Part shown: positions 59,934-64,000 of the stretch, piece by piece | Position numbering within the stretch: the first letter of the stretch is position 1 | How the letters are laid out: every line of letters begins with the position of its first letter | Origin: Candidatus Hydrogenedentota bacterium | GTDB lineage: Bacteria; Hydrogenedentota; Hydrogenedentia; Hydrogenedentales; SLHB01 | Direction of reading: 5' to 3' | DNA length: 64,000 nt | Assembly (NCBI GenBank): GCA_045863335.1 | Contig: BTVY01000022.1 | Span: forward strand, 32,001 to 96,000 | Made by a program: the position numbers and the translations under genes | The notes under the pieces: model-generated | Databases searched by the model: none | What the model was told of the DNA's origin: nothing | Seen by the model: only the letters and a program-made list of their open reading frames with translations

Positions 59934-61013
59934 ATGGCTACATACAAGATCGCGTTGTTTCCGGGCGATGGTACCGGACCGGAAGTGCTTCGGGAAGGCA
60001 TCAAGGTAGTAAGCGCCGCCGCGGAGCGGTTCGGCATCAAGCTCGAAACCCAGGAGTTCGATTTCGGCGGCGAACGCTACCTCAAGACGGGCGAGGTCCT
60101 GCCGGATTCGGCCATCGAAGAGTTCCGCCGCTTCGACGCGATCTATCTCGGCGCCATCGGCCACCCGGACGTGAAGCCGGGCATCCTCGAAAAGGGCATT
60201 CTGCTCAAGACGCGGTTCGAACTGGACCAGTACATCAACCTGCGCCCCGTAAAGCTGTACCCGAGGGTGGAGACCCCGATCAAGAACAAGGGGCCGGAGG
60301 ACATCGATTTCGTGGTGGTGCGCGAGAATTCCGCGGGCCTCTACACCGGTGTCGGCGGTGTCCAGCGCAAGGGCACGCCCTACGAAGTCGCGATCCAATC
60401 CATGGTCTACACGCGCAACGAGGTGGACCGCTGCCTCAAGTACGCGTTCGAATTGACCCAGAAACGCAACAAGGCCAAGACGCTCACCCTCTGCGGCAAA
60501 ACGAACGTATTGACCTACGTCTACGACCTCTGGGAGCGGGCCTTCCACGAAATGGGCGCGAAGGAGTTCCCGGACGTCAAGCGCGAATACGCCCACGTCG
60601 ATGCGACGACCATGTGGATGGTGAAGAACCCCGAGTGGTTCGATGTCATCGTGACCGGGAACATGTTTGGCGACATCATCACCGACCTTGGCGCCATGGT
60701 GCAGGGAGGTATGGGCATCGCCGCGGGCGGCAACATCAACCCCAAGGGCGTGTCCATGTTCGAGCCCATCGGCGGGAGCGCGCCGAAGTACACGGGCATG
60801 AACGTCATCAACCCGCTCGCCTGCATCTTCGCCGGTCAGATGCTGCTCGATCATCTGGGCGAAGCGGAAGCCGCGGCCTGCGTGGAGAAGGCCTGCGTGG
60901 CGTTCCTCGAATCCGGCCAACTGCCGGGCCTGTCCGCCAAGGAGATCAAGGAAGGCGGCATGTCGACCACGAAGATCGGCGACGCGATAGCCGAACTGAC
61001 GACAACTGTATAA
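59934..61013 (+). CDS. leuB: Isocitrate/isopropylmalate dehydrogenase family (LeuB, non-enteric type)
   Basis: PGDGTGPEV, NLRP, VVRENS, KTNVL, GNMFGDIITDL, FEPIGGSAP. Confidence 0.8.
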   Translation: MATYKIALFPGDGTGPEVLREGIKVVSAAAERFGIKLETQEFDFGGERYLKTGEVLPDSAIEEFRRFDAIYLGAIGHPDVKPGILEKGILLKTRFELDQYINLRPVKLYPRVETPIKNKGPEDIDFVVVRENSAGLYTGVGGVQRKGTPYEVAIQSMVYTRNEVDRCLKYAFELTQKRNKAKTLTLCGKTNVLTYVYDLWERAFHEMGAKEFPDVKREYAHVDATTMWMVKNPEWFDVIVTGNMFGDIITDLGAMVQGGMGIAAGGNINPKGVSMFEPIGGSAPKYTGMNVINPLACIFAGQMLLDHLGEAEAAACVEKACVAFLESGQLPGLSAKEIKEGGMSTTKIGDAIAELTTTV

Positions 61014-61027
61014 AGCGCCTTGCGCTG

Positions 61028-61518
61028 AAATTCGAAATCCGAAGCTCGAAATTCGAAACAAGCACGAATGACCGAAATTCTAATGACCGAAACATTGCTT
61101 AGCGCGACGATCTCGTTCACCAAATCGAACTAAAAAGCTTGCAAACAAGCCATAGACGCGAGACTCGTCGGAATGATGACGTGCCGTTCGCCGTATCATC
61201 CCCGAATGGGCGTGAGTCGTGTTGGCTTGGAATAGCCGCACGCTGGTGTCCGTACTAGCCCCGCAAGGGGCAACTCGTGTCAGCTCGGAATGGCTACACG
61301 CAGCGCTCCGCAATAGCCCCGGAGGGGCGAAGGGTTGTAGCCCAGGCTGGAGCGAGGCACGAGCGGAAGCCTGGGTCCCGAGGACTCCCTCGTCTTCAAG
61401 CCCTGTAAGGGCGGAAGAAGCTGATTCGTGCCCCGGCACCTGGTGAACGGCTTTTTGAATTTGGAACATTAGGATTTGATTCGAATTTCGAATTTCGAAT
61501 TTCGTGCTTCGTATTTTC
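61028..61518. repeat. Composite repeat region: family D pair enclosing a family G copy
   Basis: D forward 61028-61093, G 61316-61417, D reverse 61452-61518. Confidence 0.75.
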
Positions 61519-61579
61519 GCATTCTGCAACGGGTGGATGTTTTCGGACGTCCGCCCGTATGACTTGTAAAGGAGTTGGC

Positions 61580-62683
61580 ATGTCGAAAACATTCGTTATC
61601 GCAGTACTCGAAGGCGACGGTATCGGTCCCGAGATCACGGCCGAAGCCGTCAAAGTCCTCCGCGCCGTTGAAGCGTCGACCGATGCGACGTTCGATCTGG
61701 TCCATGCGCCCTTCGGCGCCCAGGCCTACTTCGACCACGGACATTCCTTTCCCGAGGCCGCGATGGAGGCCTGCGACCGTGCCGACGCCATCCTCAAAGG
61801 GCCCATCGGGTTGGGACACGAGGAATCGAAACGGATTCCGGTTGAGGAGCGCCCGGAACGCGGCGCCTTGTTGCCGCTCCGCAAACGGTACAACACTTTC
61901 GCCAACTTCCGCCCCGTCTATCTCCCGCCGGAGTTGGCCTTCTTTTCGCCGTTGCGTCCGGAAGTCGTGGGCGACGGAATCGACATCATGATGATCCGGG
62001 AACTCGTCGGCGGCCTCTACTTCGGAAAGAAGGAAGAAGGGACCGATGCGAAAGGCCTGCGTTACGTTAAAGAAACGCTCGAATACGATGAAAACGAGAT
62101 CCGTCAGATTCTGACCGTGGCCTTCGAAGAAGCCCGTAAGCGCAAGAAGGTGCTTCACAACGTGCACAAGAGCAATGTGCTTATGTCCAGCGTGCTGTGG
62201 AACGTCATCGGCGACGAGGTGGCCCGGCAGTATCCCGACGTGGAAGTGAAACACGTCATCGTGGACGCCGCCGCGACGGCGCTGGTCTTGAACCCGCGCC
62301 AGTTCGACGTGATGGTCATGGAAAACATGTTCGGCGACATCCTCAGTGATCTCGGCGGCGGCCTGTTGGGTTCGCTGGGCTTGATGCCGTCCGCGTGCAT
62401 CGGTTCCGACAAGGCCTACTACGAACCCTCCCATGGCTCCGCGCCGGACATCGCAGGCAAAGGCATTGCGAATCCCTATTCCATGATCGGGTCCGTCGCG
62501 CTCATGCTGGAGAAAAGCTTCGGCATGGAGAAGGAAGGCAAACGGGTCATGGACGCGATGCGCGACGTCTTCGCCGCGGGCTACACCACGGCCGACCTGA
62601 AAGACCCCAAAGGCACGCACCAACCCATCAGCACCAGCGACTTCGGCGACCGGGTCGTCAAGGCCTTGACGCAAGGGTCTTGA
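61580..62683 (+). CDS. leuB: 3-isopropylmalate dehydrogenase (canonical type)
   Basis: GDGIGPEI, RPERGALLPLRK, ANFRP, RELVGGLYFG, KSNVL, ENMFGDILSD, EPSHGSAPDIAGKGIANP. Confidence 0.9.
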   Translation: MSKTFVIAVLEGDGIGPEITAEAVKVLRAVEASTDATFDLVHAPFGAQAYFDHGHSFPEAAMEACDRADAILKGPIGLGHEESKRIPVEERPERGALLPLRKRYNTFANFRPVYLPPELAFFSPLRPEVVGDGIDIMMIRELVGGLYFGKKEEGTDAKGLRYVKETLEYDENEIRQILTVAFEEARKRKKVLHNVHKSNVLMSSVLWNVIGDEVARQYPDVEVKHVIVDAAATALVLNPRQFDVMVMENMFGDILSDLGGGLLGSLGLMPSACIGSDKAYYEPSHGSAPDIAGKGIANPYSMIGSVALMLEKSFGMEKEGKRVMDAMRDVFAAGYTTADLKDPKGTHQPISTSDFGDRVVKALTQGS

Positions 62684-62696
62684 TATGAGGATTGGT

Positions 62697-63073
62697 TGTC
62701 CACCGATTGCACCGATTCCGCCGATGGAATTACGTGCTGAGATGAACGCGACAGTCATCACGTGTATCTGCGGGCCGCACCTACGAATCGCGACTGGTGT
62801 TTTATGAGCCCCGGCCAAGGCGATCCGCTCGACTCAGTCGTCCACCACTTGCCGCAACTACGAATCGCGGTTGGTTCTAACGAGCCCCGTACGGGGCGAC
62901 CGACTGTTGCCCAGGGTGGAGCGAAGCGGAACCCTGGGTCAGCAGCTCCCGTTGTTCAACAAGCCCTGCAAGGGCGAAAGATACGGTTGTTGACGCACCA
63001 GGCTTCACACGCAGTGTTGATGAGCTTTGACAGATATTTTTGAATCGGCTCTAATCTGTGTAACCTGTGAACA
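62697..63073. repeat. Composite repeat region: family F pair enclosing a family G copy
   Basis: F left 62697-62725, G 62883-62980, degenerate F right 63043-63073. Confidence 0.6.
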
Positions 63074-63109
63074 TTCAGTCCGCGTTTGTTTTACACAGTG
63101 AGGTGCCTT

Positions 63110-64000
63110 ATGAAGCGTATGTTTCATGGTTGTCTACTCTCCATTCTCGCGCTAGCGGCGTGGGGACAGGACGCTTCGCCCAAGGCGGAGATCGATTGGC
63201 TGGACAAAGCCTACAGCGATGGGCGGCACAACGCGTTCACCGATCTCATTCGCTGGAAGGACCACTACTACCTTTGCTTTCGACATGGCGAAAGCCATGG
63301 TTCGCTGGACGGCGAAATCCGAGTCATGCGCAGCGCCGACATGCGGACCTGGGAACCCTGCGGCACGCTCGACACGGCCGGCGACGATCGCGACCCGCAT
63401 TTCACCGCCACGGACGACGCGCTCCACGTCTACTTCGGCACCTGGGACCTTCGCCACATGGACGGCAACGCATTGCCGGACCGGCGCAGCGTGCGGTCCT
63501 ACTTCGCCTCCAGCACCGATGGTACGAGCTGGTCGAAGGTCCAGGGCATTTACGAACCGGACTGGTGGGTGTGGCGCGTGCGCTATCTCGACGGCACGTT
63601 CTACGGGATTGCGTATACCGCGTATCGTCCCAAGCCCGACGAGCGCGAGATGCGGCTTGTTGTCTCCGGCGACGGCCTGAACTGGACCTTGAAAAGCGAG
63701 ATCGCCAACCGCCGCCAACCCAGCGAATCCGATGTGACGCTATTGGAAGACGGCTCGCTCTTCGTCGTCACGCGCATGCAGGACGAAATCAACGAAGGCT
63801 TCATCTGGCGCAGCAATCCCGATCACACGGAATGGACCGGCGAGACGGTTGGCGACATCGTCCATTCCCCGGCTTTGACACGATGGAACGATCGCTTTTT
63901 CATCGCAGGCCGCAGCCGCAACGCGGAGCGCGCATGGGTCACGCGCGTGTGGGAGTTGGTCGACGGCAAGGCGGTCGAACTGATCACCCTGCCCAGCGGC
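63110..64000 (+). CDS. Secreted sialidase-like / BNR-repeat protein (3'-truncated by window edge; not in ORF track)
   Basis: GAGGTG RBS; MKRMFHGCLLSILALAAWG signal; HNAFTDLIRW, CFRHGESH; Asp-box-like STDGTSW and SGDGLNW. Confidence 0.8.
   Translation, partial: MKRMFHGCLLSILALAAWGQDASPKAEIDWLDKAYSDGRHNAFTDLIRWKDHYYLCFRHGESHGSLDGEIRVMRSADMRTWEPCGTLDTAGDDRDPHFTATDDALHVYFGTWDLRHMDGNALPDRRSVRSYFASSTDGTSWSKVQGIYEPDWWVWRVRYLDGTFYGIAYTAYRPKPDEREMRLVVSGDGLNWTLKSEIANRRQPSESDVTLLEDGSLFVVTRMQDEINEGFIWRSNPDHTEWTGETVGDIVHSPALTRWNDRFFIAGRSRNAERAWVTRVWELVDGKAVELITLPSG

Noticed and set aside
56056-61518. Short-period GAAAT(C/T)C and AATGACC repeats as a possible CRISPR array
   Set aside because: No constant repeat with regular unique spacers and no cas genes; these are dispersed intergenic elements.

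Overview
High-GC bacterial chromosome segment. The gene content suggests an environmental lineage such as Candidatus Hydrogenedentes, but this is inference only. Core genes: pyrR-pyrB-pyrC, recF, dciA-gyrB-gyrA, rarA, a UvrD/PcrA helicase, tRNA-Ser(CGA), rpsU, xylB, an RluA/RluD-type synthase and two leuB-family genes. Other recognisable modules: two ECF sigma/anti-sigma pairs, creBC with a CreD-like gene and a cre-tag repeat, crcB-DUF190, an HCF101-like Fe-S carrier, and a sucrose synthase/SPS/fructokinase operon. At least eight families of intergenic palindromic repeats are present. The most unusual signal is a family of four small genes (50-69 aa) sharing a 15-17-residue N-terminal leader, M-[KS]-H-[VI]-x-x-[VIL]-[ST]-x(3-5)-P-[AV]-x-A, followed by unrelated Trp- or Cys-rich cores. 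Three copies lie in tandem (34927-35756) directly behind an ECF sigma / TPR-like anti-sigma pair. The fourth (27771-27950) has its own promoter and terminator. This looks like an undescribed leader-directed peptide (RiPP-like or secreted) system whose maturation machinery is not in this window. Two genes carry single in-frame TAG codons. No CRISPR array, prophage or transposase was seen.
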